64,000 nucleotides of DNA from an uncultured Gemmatimonadales bacterium (GCA_963823035.1 CAWGKG010000021.1:64001-128000); one strand, 5' to 3'. Counted from the stretch's first letter, positions 43,571 to 54,161 are shown. The notes: a model not told the origin generated them from the sequence alone. Program-made: numbers and translations.

Positions 43571-44053
43571 ATGAGCCTTCCCTCCCGTCTCGAGCGTATC
43601 GTCGACCGATTCCAGCGCGCCCCCCGGGACCTGCGCGTCCAGGCCCTCCTCCAGTTCGCCAACAAGGTCCCGCCGCTCCCGGAGGAGTTTCGCGACGGCG
43701 CCGGGCTGGAGCGGGTGCACGAGTGCCAGACGCCGTTCTTCCTCGCCACACGCGTGGACGAGGACGGCAACGTGCATCTCTTCTTCGAAGCGCCGGCCGA
43801 GAGCCCGACGGTGCGCGGGTTTGCGGGTATACTACGTGAAGGGTTGGAGGGGGCCCCGTGGTCGGCGGTGATGGACGTGCCGACGGACTTCTATGCGAAG
43901 ATGGGACTGGAAGCCGTCGTGTCCCCACTCCGTCTGCGCGGGATGGGCGCCATCCTGGCTCGGCTCAAGGCGCAGATCACCGCCCCCGCGTCTCCTGGAT
44001 CGAAGACCGCGGACCCCTACGACCGGGCTCCACCCCCGACCAGCCCTTCGTAG
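43571..44053 (+). CDS. SufE family Fe-S/sulfur-transfer protein
   Basis: [42 protein letters not shown]. Confidence 0.9.
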   Translation: MSLPSRLERIVDRFQRAPRDLRVQALLQFANKVPPLPEEFRDGAGLERVHECQTPFFLATRVDEDGNVHLFFEAPAESPTVRGFAGILREGLEGAPWSAVMDVPTDFYAKMGLEAVVSPLRLRGMGAILARLKAQITAPASPGSKTADPYDRAPPPTSPS

Positions 44054-44741
44054 TCGGCGCGCAGAACGCCGTAGCAGGAGCACGACGCGGCCTCCAGCCC
44101 CGGCCTGTCGGAGATCGTGATGCGTCCGCGGGCGTAGTGGATGAGCCCCGCCTCACGGAGCTCGGCGGCGGCGTTCGCGAGGCTCGGCCGCTGCACCCCC
44201 ACCATCTGTGCGAGCGATGCCTGCGTCAGCAGGAAACGGTCGGATCCGACGCGGTCCTGCGTGGTGAGGAGGCAGTGGGCGCACCGGGCCTCGAGCCGAT
44301 GCAGTCGGTGGCAGAAGGCGGCCCGGGACAGCCGACCGACGACCGTCTCCGTGTAACGGAGCAGGACCCTGCGAAGGGGCTTGCTGTCGAGCACGGCGCG
44401 CCGGAACGCGACGGCGCTGATGCGCACCGCGTGGTCGGGAACGCGCGCGACCGTGCGGCGCCATCGCGATGCCTCCCCCGAGGAACACGGCGAGACCCAC
44501 CACGCCCTCGTTTCCGATGGTCTGCAACTCGGATCCGCACACCCTCGTCGTCGAGCACGACCGATACGACGGATCTCTGCGGGAAGTAGATCTGGGCGAT
44601 CGCCTCCCCGGCGTGGTAGAGGATTCGGCCGGCGGGGAGTGGAACGACCTCCAGGCCGGGCAGGAGCCGTTCGTACTCCGCCTTCGACAGGGCGAGCAGG
44701 AGCCGGTTTCGCTCCCGGTGCTGCCCTTCGTGCGTAGACAT
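44017..44741 (-). CDS. Crp/Fnr family transcriptional regulator (frameshifts near 44540 and 44450)
   Basis: NRLLLALS..EYERL.P.LE.V.L, IYFP..SVVS, IGNEGVVG, CHRLHRLEARC, LTQ..LAQMVGVQRPS, I.YARGRI.I.DR.GLE..SC.CY. Confidence 0.88.
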
Positions 44742-44803
44742 CGGTCCCGCGACCTTGGCGCGAGTTGGAGACGACCCCTCGGTCGATGGCGACGGACCGG
44801 GGT

Positions 44804-46342
44804 TCAGGCCACTGCGGGCGTCTCGCTCCTCAGATACGCGTTGTGGTCGTGCAGGAGGCCGCCCGTCGGAAGCGCTTCCCAGAGCACGCCGAGGTCACGC
44901 CTCACCCGATTGGCGTAGAACGTCGGGAGCGTCGAGGTCTCGCGGTGGAAGAAGCGGTGCACGCTCGTGTCCGTGTCGAGGAGGCCGCGCACGCGCGCGT
45001 GGTGCCGGACGCGGTCGAGCCGTTCCGACGAGATCCCTCGCACCACGTTCATCCATTTCGGGATCAACGTGCGATTGGCGAGGAAGCGGCGCGCGATCCG
45101 CGGCGCGGAGTACGCGTAACGCTCCAGGTCGACGAGGTTGTCGTAGAACGCGCGCCAGGCGTAGTTCTTCGGCACCACGTTCATGGCATGGCTCGCGTTC
45201 AGGAAGTGGAAGGGGAAGGGGAGGACGCGTCCCTCGCGCTGCAGCTCCAGGTTGAGGGGTGCGGCGCGGCCGAACGCGGAGAGGAGCGAGAACACCGGGA
45301 ACGCGCCCGGGGCGAGATCGATGAAGCGCTTGGTCAGCTCGAACGGATCCGCCCCTTCGTCGGTGTCCAGGCCGAGGACGAAGTTGGTCTGCACGTAGGG
45401 GATGTAGCGCAGGATCATGTTGATGTGATCGGCGACACGTCGGACCTTCTCCGCTCCTACCTCGCGTCCCGTCTTGGCCTTGTTGCCGAGCGCGAACCAC
45501 GACTCGACCCCCGGGAGGATCACCTTGAAACCGTTCTTCGCGAGGCGCGCGAGGTGCGGTTCCGAGAGGAGGGACAAGCTGCTCTCGGCGAAGAAGTCGA
45601 TCTTGCCGGGGGGCACCGCCTCCTCGATCGCGCCCAGGTAGTCGTCGAAACGGACGCCGAAGTTGGGGTCGTGCCAGCCGACGCGCGGGTGGGGCATCTT
45701 GGTGAGCAGGAACCGCAGGTCGCTGCGCATCTGATCGAAGCCCAGCGGCTGATAGGGCACCGTCGAGTCGATGCAGAAGGAGCACGTGTAGGGACAGCCC
45801 AGGCTGCCCAGCATCGGGACGACCTTGAGCACCGGGGCCTTCGCGAGGGTGGCCTCGATGAACTTCCACCGCTCCTGCATGCTCGGCATCGCCTGCGGCT
45901 GACGCGGGGCGGTGAGCTCGACGCCGATGGGGCGCTGGGGCGGATGGTCGCGCAGCAGCTCCTCGATCATCGTCCGGTCGGTGAAGCCGAAGACGTAGTC
46001 GAAATAGCGGGCCGCGTCCTGCGGGTAGCAGCGCGCGTGCGGTCCGCCGAGCACGGTGATCGCGCCGCGCTGTCGGTGCAGGTTGCTGATCGCGTAGGCG
46101 GTGTGGGCCGCCTGCGTGAAGGCGCCGATGAACACGATGTCGGCCGGCCCGAGGACTTCCTGGGCGAGGTCCTCGAATCCCGTGTAGCAGACGTAGCGAA
46201 CGTGATGACCGGCCTGCTCGCACCACACCGCGATGACCTGCGGCATGATGCTCGCGAGGTTCGCGTTCATGAGACGCGCGTAGAGCGCGCGGGTGGGCCG
46301 TTCGGTCGTGAGGTCCACAACGGTGACACGGAGTCGACGCAC
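44804..46342 (-). CDS. Radical SAM protein with N-terminal B12-binding-like domain
   Basis: TVLGGPHA, SLGCPYTCSFC (CxxxCxxC), HDPNFG, LPGVES, NFVLGLD. Probable GTG start after GGAGG. Confidence 0.88.
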   Translation of the reverse strand: MRRLRVTVVDLTTERPTRALYARLMNANLASIMPQVIAVWCEQAGHHVRYVCYTGFEDLAQEVLGPADIVFIGAFTQAAHTAYAISNLHRQRGAITVLGGPHARCYPQDAARYFDYVFGFTDRTMIEELLRDHPPQRPIGVELTAPRQPQAMPSMQERWKFIEATLAKAPVLKVVPMLGSLGCPYTCSFCIDSTVPYQPLGFDQMRSDLRFLLTKMPHPRVGWHDPNFGVRFDDYLGAIEEAVPPGKIDFFAESSLSLLSEPHLARLAKNGFKVILPGVESWFALGNKAKTGREVGAEKVRRVADHINMILRYIPYVQTNFVLGLDTDEGADPFELTKRFIDLAPGAFPVFSLLSAFGRAAPLNLELQREGRVLPFPFHFLNASHAMNVVPKNYAWRAFYDNLVDLERYAYSAPRIARRFLANRTLIPKWMNVVRGISSERLDRVRHHARVRGLLDTDTSVHRFFHRETSTLPTFYANRVRRDLGVLWEALPTGGLLHDHNAYLRSETPAVA

Positions 46343-46539
46343 GAGAGCCTCCCGCTCGCAGGGAGCGAGCGTCCAACGAGGTCCAGTGCGTTGCGGGGGT
46401 GGCGGCCGTCGGCGCCAGCGCACCATCAATGGTAAGGCGGTGTCGTCCTTTGGGAGCGCGAATCACTCCTCCCCGCTATGTCAGACAAAAAACATAGCGG
46501 GCGCGCGCCGGCTTCGACAGGAGGGGAGCGACGTGGGGC

Positions 46540-48511
46540 TCAGCGCGGTGTCTGTCCGCCCACCACCGCGTTCATCACCCGCTCGTAGTGCAGCCCCTTG
46601 ATGGCGGCTTCGATGGCTCGGGAAAGCGTGACGCCCGGAAACCGATGGTGCCTCATCTGCACCTTCAGGTATCGGCGTGCGTTCTCGAACACGGCGCCGG
46701 GCGTCCCCGGTGGAAAGCGCATCGAGCTTCGCCCGCGCCTGCACGTCGGCCACCCAGCCGCGCACCTGCTCGAGGCGTGTGTCGGCGCGAAAGCGGACGA
46801 GGTAGTCGTGCGCCTGCCCCACCAGCTCCTCGAGCCAGGCCGGGTCGTCGCCGCCCTCCACCACGCCGTCGCGTCGCAGGCTCCTCAGCAGCCGCGCGAG
46901 TCTACGCGCATCGCTCCGCGCCCGCCGCCGGACCCTGCGGTCCAACCGGGCGGCCTGCCACAGGAGGTCGAAGTACGCACGGTCGAATCGACGGATCCCC
47001 TGCTTCCAGAACGACTCGATCGCGCTCCTCAGGTACCGCCATTCCCTCCGCCGTCCCGAGAAGATGTGCGGAGGCACCGAGCGCAGCATGTCCAGGGCCC
47101 TGCGATAGGACTCGGCGGGACTGAAGAGACGGGAGAGGATGTCGTGGATGCCCCGGTACATCTGGTCCGCGGTCATGCCCATGGGCACGAACTGGACCTC
47201 GTCGTCCGTGTTGTTCCCCGAGTACTCGGCTGGCTGGAGCCGTCCCTCGCGTCGGAGGCGCTCCCAGAGGGGCGTATGGGGAACGGGGGTGAGCATGCCC
47301 GTCATCGCCGTGAAGATGCGCGTCCGCTTCACGAACTCGACGATCCTGTCGGCCGTGCTCGGCTCGTCGGCGTCGCCTCCGAAGATGAAACCGGCGTAGA
47401 CCTCGATGCCGGCAGCCTGGATCGTGGCGATCGTCTCCGGGACGTCCACCTTCAGGTTCTGCTTCTTGTTCATCCCGCGCAGGGCGTCCTCGTCCGGTGT
47501 CTCGATGCCCAGGAAGACCGCGTCGAAGCCCGCCTGCTTCATCTTCCCGATGAGGGGGAGCAGCTTCGGGGTGCCCAGGTTCACGCTCGCCTGCGTGTAG
47601 AAGGTGAACGGATAGGCGTGCTCGCGCTGGAACTCGATGATGGTGTCGAGGATGGCCGACGTCGCGGCCGGTGTCCCGATGAAGTTGTCGTCGACGCCGA
47701 AGACGCTGCCCCGGTATCCCGTGGCGAAGATCGCCTCCAATTCGCGTCGCACCGTCGCCGGCGCCTTGGGCCGGTTGAATCCCCCATTGAACTGGATGAT
47801 GTCGCAGAAGTCGCACCGGAACGGGCACCCGGCCGTGGTCTGGATCATCATCGAGTGGTAGTCGGCCACACGCATCAGGTCCCAGCGGGGCAGCGGAACA
47901 TCGTCGAGCGAGCGGAAGATCGTCCGGTCGTTCAGGTAGTCCCTCGATCCGGGATCCACCTCGGCGACCGCGGGCGGGATGAAGAGCCGCGGGGTGCCCG
48001 GGTCGTGGACGGGGTGCTCCGCGAGCCAGGGCAGCAACGCGTCGATGGAGGCGTACGCTTCGCCCCAGACCAGGGCGTCCAGCCCGTCGTGCAGGGCCTG
48101 ATCGGATTCCGACTGCGGATGGACGATCTGGTCGCGGTAGGACGACGCGAAGGGTCCGCCGAGCACGAACGGCACGTCGAGGCCGAGAGCCGGACCCTGC
48201 AGGATATCCACCAGGGACCGCTTCTGGATGGACATCGCGGTGACGAACACCGCATCGGCCCCGGCGATCTTCGCGCGCAGGGCTCCGTCGGAGGGCGCGC
48301 ACACGTTCAGGTCGACCAGCTCGAGATCCCAATCGTCGGGAAGGTATCCCGCGAACGTCAGGATCCCGAGCGGTGGAAAGGCAGCCTTGCGCCCGATGAG
48401 GCGCATGACGTAGCGGTAGCTCCAGAAGGAATCCGGGGGAAACTCCGGCACGAGGAGCAGACCCTTCTTCGGGCCCCCGGTGTGCCGGCCCTCGCCGCGT
48501 GCTGCGGCCAT
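46540..48511 (-). CDS. B12-binding radical SAM protein, DUF4070-type (frameshift near 46710)
   Basis: PEFP..SFWSY, FPPLGILT, VTAMSIQ, VLGGPFAS, TAGCPFRCDFCDI, VDDNFIG, FYTQAS, VFLGIETP, AGFIFG.D, TPLWERL..EGRL. Confidence 0.9.
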
Positions 48512-48814
48512 CGAACCACCCTGCCCTGCAGGCGCGCGGCCTGCAACGCATCCGAGCCCGGACGGACGCTCCGCTCGCGCACCCGGATGACCTCTCACCT
48601 CGCCCTCAAGGTCGCCGGTCCGTGTCCCCCCCGGCAAGCTCCCGCACCCCACCCCCCTGACGCCCGCCTCCGCTTCCCGCTAGCTTCAGGGCTGCGGGAT
48701 TCCCACCTTGAGCCCCCGGTTCCGGGGATCGCTCCTCGCACGACATCGCGCAGCCTATCGAGCCGGACACGCCGGCCGGCCTGCTGCGCGCCCTCCCGAC
48801 AGGACCCAACCCTT

Positions 48815-50088
48815 TTGGCGTTTTCTGCCCTAGCGCTCCACCCGACACTCCTCCGGAGCATCGCGGACCTCGGCTTCACCACCCCGACCCCCATTCAAAC
48901 CCATGCGATCGGCCCGGCCCTCGAGGGGCGGGATCTCCTCGCGTGCGCAGCGACGGGCAGCGGCAAGACCGCGGCTTTTCTGCTGCCTATCCTGCACAAC
49001 CTCGTGGACCGGCCTCGCGGCACCACCCGCGCGCTCGTCCTGGCGCCCACGCGGGAACTCGCGCTGCAAATCGTGGATGACCTCGAGGGCCTCGCCCGCC
49101 ACACGGGCGTGCGGGCCGCCCCCGTCTATGGAGGCGTCGGCATGCGGCCGCAGGAGACGGCTCTCCGGCGGGGTGTGGACGTCATCGTCGCCACGCCCGG
49201 TCGGCTGCTGGACCACTTCCAGCACGACTACGCCGCACTGTCCGGGCTCGAGTATCTGGTGTTGGACGAAGCGGATCGGATGCTCGACATGGGCTTCTTT
49301 CCCGACATCAAGCGGATCCTGCGCCACGTTCCGAAACCGCGGCAGACGCTCCTGTTCAGCGCCACCATGCCGCCTGCCGATCGAGGCCCTGACCCGGGAG
49401 ATCCTCCGCGTCTCCGGCGCGCATCGCGCTCCAGCCCAAGGCGGCCCCGGCCCACGGGATCGAGCAGTCGGCCTATCCCGTGCACTCCACCCTCAAGGGA
49501 CAGCTTCTGCTGGCGTTGCTGAACGGCGGCGGTGTGGACGACGCGCTCGTCTTCACACGGACGAAGCACAGGGCGGACCGTCTGACGCGGCTGCTCACGC
49601 GCAACGGCATCAAGGCGGAGCGCATCCACGGCAACCGGTCCCAGGCGCAGCGAACGAGGGCACTGGACGGGTTCAAGGCCGGCGACTTCCAGGTGCTGGT
49701 GGCGACGGACATCGCCGCGAGGGGCATCGACGTCGAGGCCCTGGGTCACGTGGTCAACTTCGACCTGCCCACCGTGCCCGAAGACTACATCCATCGGGTC
49801 GGCCGCACCGCGCGCGCGGGTGCCACGGGCATGGCGATCACGCTGGTCGCTCCCGAAGAGGAAGGGGACCTGGGGCGCATCGAGCGGGTTCTCGCCTCCA
49901 AGCTGTCGCGGATGCGGCTGGAGGGCTTCGCCTACGAGGCGGTGCCCGACGCGCAGCTCGCGATGCCGAGCGGGGCGAGGGTGCGGGGGCGCAGAACCGT
50001 GGCGAGGCAAGGGGCGACGGGTGGGGGCGACCCCGACACGGACGGCGGCCGGCCGCGTCGCCGGCGCTTCGGAAGGCGCCGGCGCTGA
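48815..50088 (+). CDS. DEAD-box RNA helicase, RhlE-like (frameshifts near 49375-49430)
   Basis: Q motif [60 protein letters not shown], Arg-rich tail. Confidence 0.93.
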
Positions 50089-50090
50089 CG

Positions 50091-50297
50091 TCAGCCGTGG
50101 GCCTGCGGGTCGCGCTCGGCTCTCGCGATGACGAAGGACGCGAGCGCGACCCAACGGACCGGCGTGGGGTGCAGCTCCTCGAGGATCTGGTCGGCCGTGA
50201 CGCCTCGGAACGCCCCCTTGCTGTCCTTGTTCCTCATCTCGCGGTAGGCCGTGACGGCCCGGCGAACCGCGATCTCCTCGGCGTGCGTCAGGATCAT
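50091..50297 (-). CDS. Small hypothetical protein (68 aa)
   Basis: MILTHAEEIAVRRAV...; protein-like composition and GC-rich third positions. No recognised family. Confidence 0.4.
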   Translation of the reverse strand: MILTHAEEIAVRRAVTAYREMRNKDSKGAFRGVTADQILEELHPTPVRWVALASFVIARAERDPQAHG

Positions 50298-50432
50298 GTC
50301 CGGAATGTAGCGGCACCGACCACCGACCGCGCCGCGCACCGGTGGTCGAAAGCGCACGGCTTCGAGCATTGAGCTAGCTTTCGGTGTGACGTCCCGCCGG
50401 ACTCCGGCGGGCGCTCCTACCGGAGACAAGCC

Positions 50433-50669
50433 GTGCCCAGCACCTTCTCGATCGCTCGATCCCGTTGCTCCGTCCTGTCCGACCCGACCCTCCGCGAGGA
50501 GATCAGCTCGCACACGGGGAGTGACGCCGAGACGACGAGCATCCTCCGCACCCTCGAGCGTTTCGGTCACGATGCGTCGGTCCGCTACTTCGAATTGACG
50601 CCGAAACCCAGCCGCCGTACGTACCAGCCGACCGCGGCGTTCGCGTGGACGGTGACCGCCGTACGCTAG
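50433..50669 (+). CDS. Small hypothetical protein (78 aa)
   Basis: GGAG RBS before the GTG. Fills the intergenic gap. No recognised family. Confidence 0.4.
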   Translation: MPSTFSIARSRCSVLSDPTLREEISSHTGSDAETTSILRTLERFGHDASVRYFELTPKPSRRTYQPTAAFAWTVTAVR

Positions 50670-50704
50670 GGAGCCAGGGCGATTGCGCTGCCTGAGGGCG
50701 CGAC

Positions 50705-52204
50705 TCAGACGTCGCTGAGCATCCTCTCCACGGCCTCGCTCAGGGACTCGATCGAGAAGGGCTTCCTCAGATAGCCCATCCGGCGGTCCAGCATGCCGAG
50801 GTGGCCGACGGCTTCGTCGCTGTGTCCCCACACGAAGAGGATGCGCAGCTCCGGATAGGTCACGGTGAGCTCGGCTCCGAGCTCGCGCGCCGTCGAGAGG
50901 GACAGGTCCGTGACCAGGAGGTCGATGGCCGCATGGCCACGCTCGAGCGCGGCGAGCGCCCCCGTGGGCGTGGCGGCCGAGAGCACACTGTAGTCGAGGC
51001 TCTCGAGCACACGGCAGGTGAGGCTGCGTGCCACGTCCTCCTCCTCCACGACGAGCACGCTCCGGCGCGGGCGCGGCTCGGCGCCGATCGAGGCGCGGGT
51101 CGCAACCGGAGCCACCGTGCCCGACCGGGGCAGGAGGATGTCGAACGCGGCTCCACGACCCACCGACGACGCGACGCTGATGAACCCACCGCTCTGGCGG
51201 ACGATGCCATAGGCCATCGAGAGGCCGAGGCCCGTGCCCCGCGGGGGCGGCTTGGTGGTGAAGAAGGGCTCGAACACACGCGCACGGGTCATGTCGTCCA
51301 TGCCGACTCCCGTGTCACTCAGCGTCAATTCGGCGTAGTCTCCGGGAGGGATCGTGACCCCGCTCCGGGCCGTGTCGCAGGTGAAGGAGACATTCCCCGT
51401 GGACACCGTGAGCGTGCCGCCGTCCGGCATGGCATCCTGCGCGTTCACGGCCAGATTCACGATCACCTGTTCCAACTGCCGGGGATCCACGTGGACGGAC
51501 CACGCGTCCGGGTCGAGGTGGAGCCTGACCTCCACCTGGCCGCCGATCGCTCCGCGCAGCAAGGGCTCGGCATGGAGCACCGCGTCGTTGAGGGGCACGA
51601 CCTCGACCCGCATCACCTGCCGGCGGCCGAAGGCGAGGAGCTGACCGGTGAGGGACGCCGCGCGGTCGGCTGCGCCCCGGACGTCGGCCAGGTCGGCAGC
51701 CGCTTCCGGATCCCCGCCGACGTACGCGCCGAGGAGCTCGACGCCCGCGATGATCGCGGTCAGCGCGTTGTTGAAGTCGTGGGCGATACCGCCGGCGAGG
51801 CGGCCGACCGCCTCCATCTTCTGTGCCTGCTGCAGCTCGTGTTGCAGCTGCACGCGCGCGGTCACGTCGCTGACCGTGGCGATGCGCACCGCGCGCCCGT
51901 CCACGACCGTGTCTCTCGCCCAGACATCGACGCTGAAGACCGTCCCGTCCTTGCGTTGGTGCCGGATGGCGGTCGCCTTCCAGAAGCCGTGCGGCATCTC
52001 CGAAAGCACCCGATGGGCTTCCGCGCGGCCTTCCGGTGGCCGGACCTCGAGCGCGGGGAGCCCGATGAATTCCCCGCGCGAATACCCGTATTGCCGCACT
52101 GCGGCCTGGTTGATGTCGACGATGCTCCACGATTCCGCGTCGATCATCAGAACAGGGAGCGCAACGGCTTCGAAGATCTGTCTGTACCGATCCGCGTCCG
52201 ACAT
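50705..52204 (-). CDS. PAS-domain hybrid sensor histidine kinase with C-terminal receiver
   Basis: PAS (INQAA..QYGY, HQRKDGT), H-box [39 protein letters not shown], receiver LLVTD..KPF. Confidence 0.93.
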   Translation of the reverse strand: MSDADRYRQIFEAVALPVLMIDAESWSIVDINQAAVRQYGYSRGEFIGLPALEVRPPEGRAEAHRVLSEMPHGFWKATAIRHQRKDGTVFSVDVWARDTVVDGRAVRIATVSDVTARVQLQHELQQAQKMEAVGRLAGGIAHDFNNALTAIIAGVELLGAYVGGDPEAAADLADVRGAADRAASLTGQLLAFGRRQVMRVEVVPLNDAVLHAEPLLRGAIGGQVEVRLHLDPDAWSVHVDPRQLEQVIVNLAVNAQDAMPDGGTLTVSTGNVSFTCDTARSGVTIPPGDYAELTLSDTGVGMDDMTRARVFEPFFTTKPPPRGTGLGLSMAYGIVRQSGGFISVASSVGRGAAFDILLPRSGTVAPVATRASIGAEPRPRRSVLVVEEEDVARSLTCRVLESLDYSVLSAATPTGALAALERGHAAIDLLVTDLSLSTARELGAELTVTYPELRILFVWGHSDEAVGHLGMLDRRMGYLRKPFSIESLSEAVERMLSDV

Positions 52205-52450
52205 GCCCGGAGGGCTCTCCGGCCACTCGAGGTCCGGGGGCCGATCAACCTGGTCTGCGCTCAATATCCCACCTGTCGAGCCCCTCGACATCGCTGACCG
52301 GATGCCGGCGGCGCTGATCCCGTCGATGTGCCTCGCGGACGTACCTCTACCCGGAGGCCAGCCACGGGTTCTGCGAGTCGGACCGCCCCGAGTTCGACGC
52401 AGACGCGAGCGATGACCCCTTCTTGCGTCCCGACCGCCTCGCGTGCATGG

Positions 52451-53374
52451 ATGCCAAGATCGATGCCCGTCACCCCGGCCGGAGCCGCCCTACCCATGCC
52501 CGTCGCCCTCGCCCTCCTGTATGCGCTCGTCGGGGGCGCGCTCCATCCCGTCCCGCGCCCCGCGTCGGTCCCTCCCTCACCCGCGGCCGGCCCGATCGCC
52601 GACTCCACGTACGAAGTCTACGCCGTCCGATACGCGACCCTCCCTTCCTTCCCGGTCCGCGGACTCGTGGCGGGTGCCGACTCGAGCCGTACGATGGACG
52701 TGGCGATGATGGTGTGGGTCCTGCGGGCGTCCGACGGGCGCGTGGTGCTCGTCGACGCGGGCTTCCACCGGGAGAAGTTCCTGGAGCGGTGGAAGCCGGT
52801 CGGGTTCGTGCGTCCGTCCGAGGCGCTCGCACCCCTGGACCTCACCCCCGCCGACGTCACGGACCTGGTGGTGACGCACATCCACTGGGATCACGTCGAC
52901 GGCGTGGACCTGTTCCCGAACGCACGTGTGTGGATCCAGCGAGAGGAGTACACGCATCACGTCGGGGAGGACGGGAGCGTGCTCGATCGTGCGATCGACC
53001 CTGCGGACGCGGAGATGTTGTTCGATCTGCGTCAGCGGGGGAGCGTCGAGCTGGTGGATGGAGACGCACGGGAGATCCTCCCGGGGATCACCGTCTACCT
53101 CGGCGGGCGGCACACGTGGGCCTCGCAGTATGTGAGCGTTCGCACCGCGGAAGGAACGGTCGTGATCGCTTCGGACAACTGCTACCTGTACGAGAACCTC
53201 GATCGGGGCGTGGCGATCGCACAGACGCTCGATGCAGCGTCGAACCTGGCGGCGCAGGCGCGCATGCGCACGCTGGCCGCGGATGCCCGGCTCATCGTGC
53301 CGGGGCACGACCCGGAGGTCTTCTCGCGCTTTCCGAGCGTCCGGGAGGGGGTGGCGCGGATCGTGGGGAGGTAG
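52451..53374 (+). CDS. Metallo-beta-lactamase fold hydrolase, N-acyl homoserine lactonase-like, secreted
   Basis: VLVDAG, THIHWDH (HxHxDH), GRHT, IASD, VPGHD. Start may be 52451 or 52496. Confidence 0.88.
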   Translation: MPRSMPVTPAGAALPMPVALALLYALVGGALHPVPRPASVPPSPAAGPIADSTYEVYAVRYATLPSFPVRGLVAGADSSRTMDVAMMVWVLRASDGRVVLVDAGFHREKFLERWKPVGFVRPSEALAPLDLTPADVTDLVVTHIHWDHVDGVDLFPNARVWIQREEYTHHVGEDGSVLDRAIDPADAEMLFDLRQRGSVELVDGDAREILPGITVYLGGRHTWASQYVSVRTAEGTVVIASDNCYLYENLDRGVAIAQTLDAASNLAAQARMRTLAADARLIVPGHDPEVFSRFPSVREGVARIVGR

Positions 53375-53402
53375 CCGATACGAGGACGAGATCGCCGCTG
53401 CG

Positions 53403-54161
53403 TCAGGGACGCATCGGCGGAGGACGCAGTTGTCCGGAGGGCCGCTCGACGATCTCCGCGTGGATCAGACGGTCGAGGAGCGGGAACGCTTCGTCGAGAT
53501 AGGCGTTTCCGCCTTCGATGATCTCACCCTGACGACGCTGGCGCACGCCGCTCCCGGACCGCTCGCCGTACCCCGAGTAGAGGCTGTCCAGGACGTCCAT
53601 TCCCTCGACCACCTGTCCGAAGACCGCGAACGGGTCGCCGTCGTTGCGGGTGTTGTCGGCCAGGTTGACGTAGATCTGGGTGTTGGAGGTGCCCGGCACC
53701 GTGTCCCGGGCGAAGGCGAACGTGCCGCGCACGTTGCTGCCGACCTTAGGATCGTCCGGGAACTGGGCGTGGAGCCACGCCTGGTTCACGGCCGGATCGC
53801 CGCTCAGGCCCCACTGCGCGATGTAGCCGGACCGCACCCGGTGGAAGCGCACGTCGTCGTAGTAGCCGAGGCGGATCAGGTTGTAGAACCGGTCCGAGCC
53901 GTTGGGCGCGTGCGCGCGCACGCAGCGTACGACGAAGGCGCCCTTCGTGGTCTCGAAGCGAGCATACCAGACGGGAGGTGAGCCGCGCCTCCATTCGGCG
54001 TTCGACGGATCCAACAGGAGCGCCCGGCGATCCTGCGTCTGGAACGCCGGAAAGGTCGCCGGCGCGTCGCCGCCGCGGGGCCCGGGAGACGCCGGCAGGA
54101 CGGGCGCCGAGACGATCAGCGGCGCGAAACCGAGGGTGAGGTACCAGCGCGTAGGCTTCAT
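53403..54161 (-). CDS. Cyclophilin-type peptidyl-prolyl isomerase, secreted
   Basis: FETTKG.F, APNG.DRFYNL, YYD..RFHRV..GYIAQWG, SNVRGT, TQIYVNL.DN, FAVFGQVVEGM. Confidence 0.9.
   Translation of the reverse strand: MKPTRWYLTLGFAPLIVSAPVLPASPGPRGGDAPATFPAFQTQDRRALLLDPSNAEWRRGSPPVWYARFETTKGAFVVRCVRAHAPNGSDRFYNLIRLGYYDDVRFHRVRSGYIAQWGLSGDPAVNQAWLHAQFPDDPKVGSNVRGTFAFARDTVPGTSNTQIYVNLADNTRNDGDPFAVFGQVVEGMDVLDSLYSGYGERSGSGVRQRRQGEIIEGGNAYLDEAFPLLDRLIHAEIVERPSGQLRPPPMRP

Noticed and set aside
46598..49522. 974-aa ORF that appears to fuse a long N-terminal region to a DEAD-box helicase
   Set aside because: The first 739 codons are largely antisense to the radical SAM gene. Helicase similarity starts only at the TTG at 48815.
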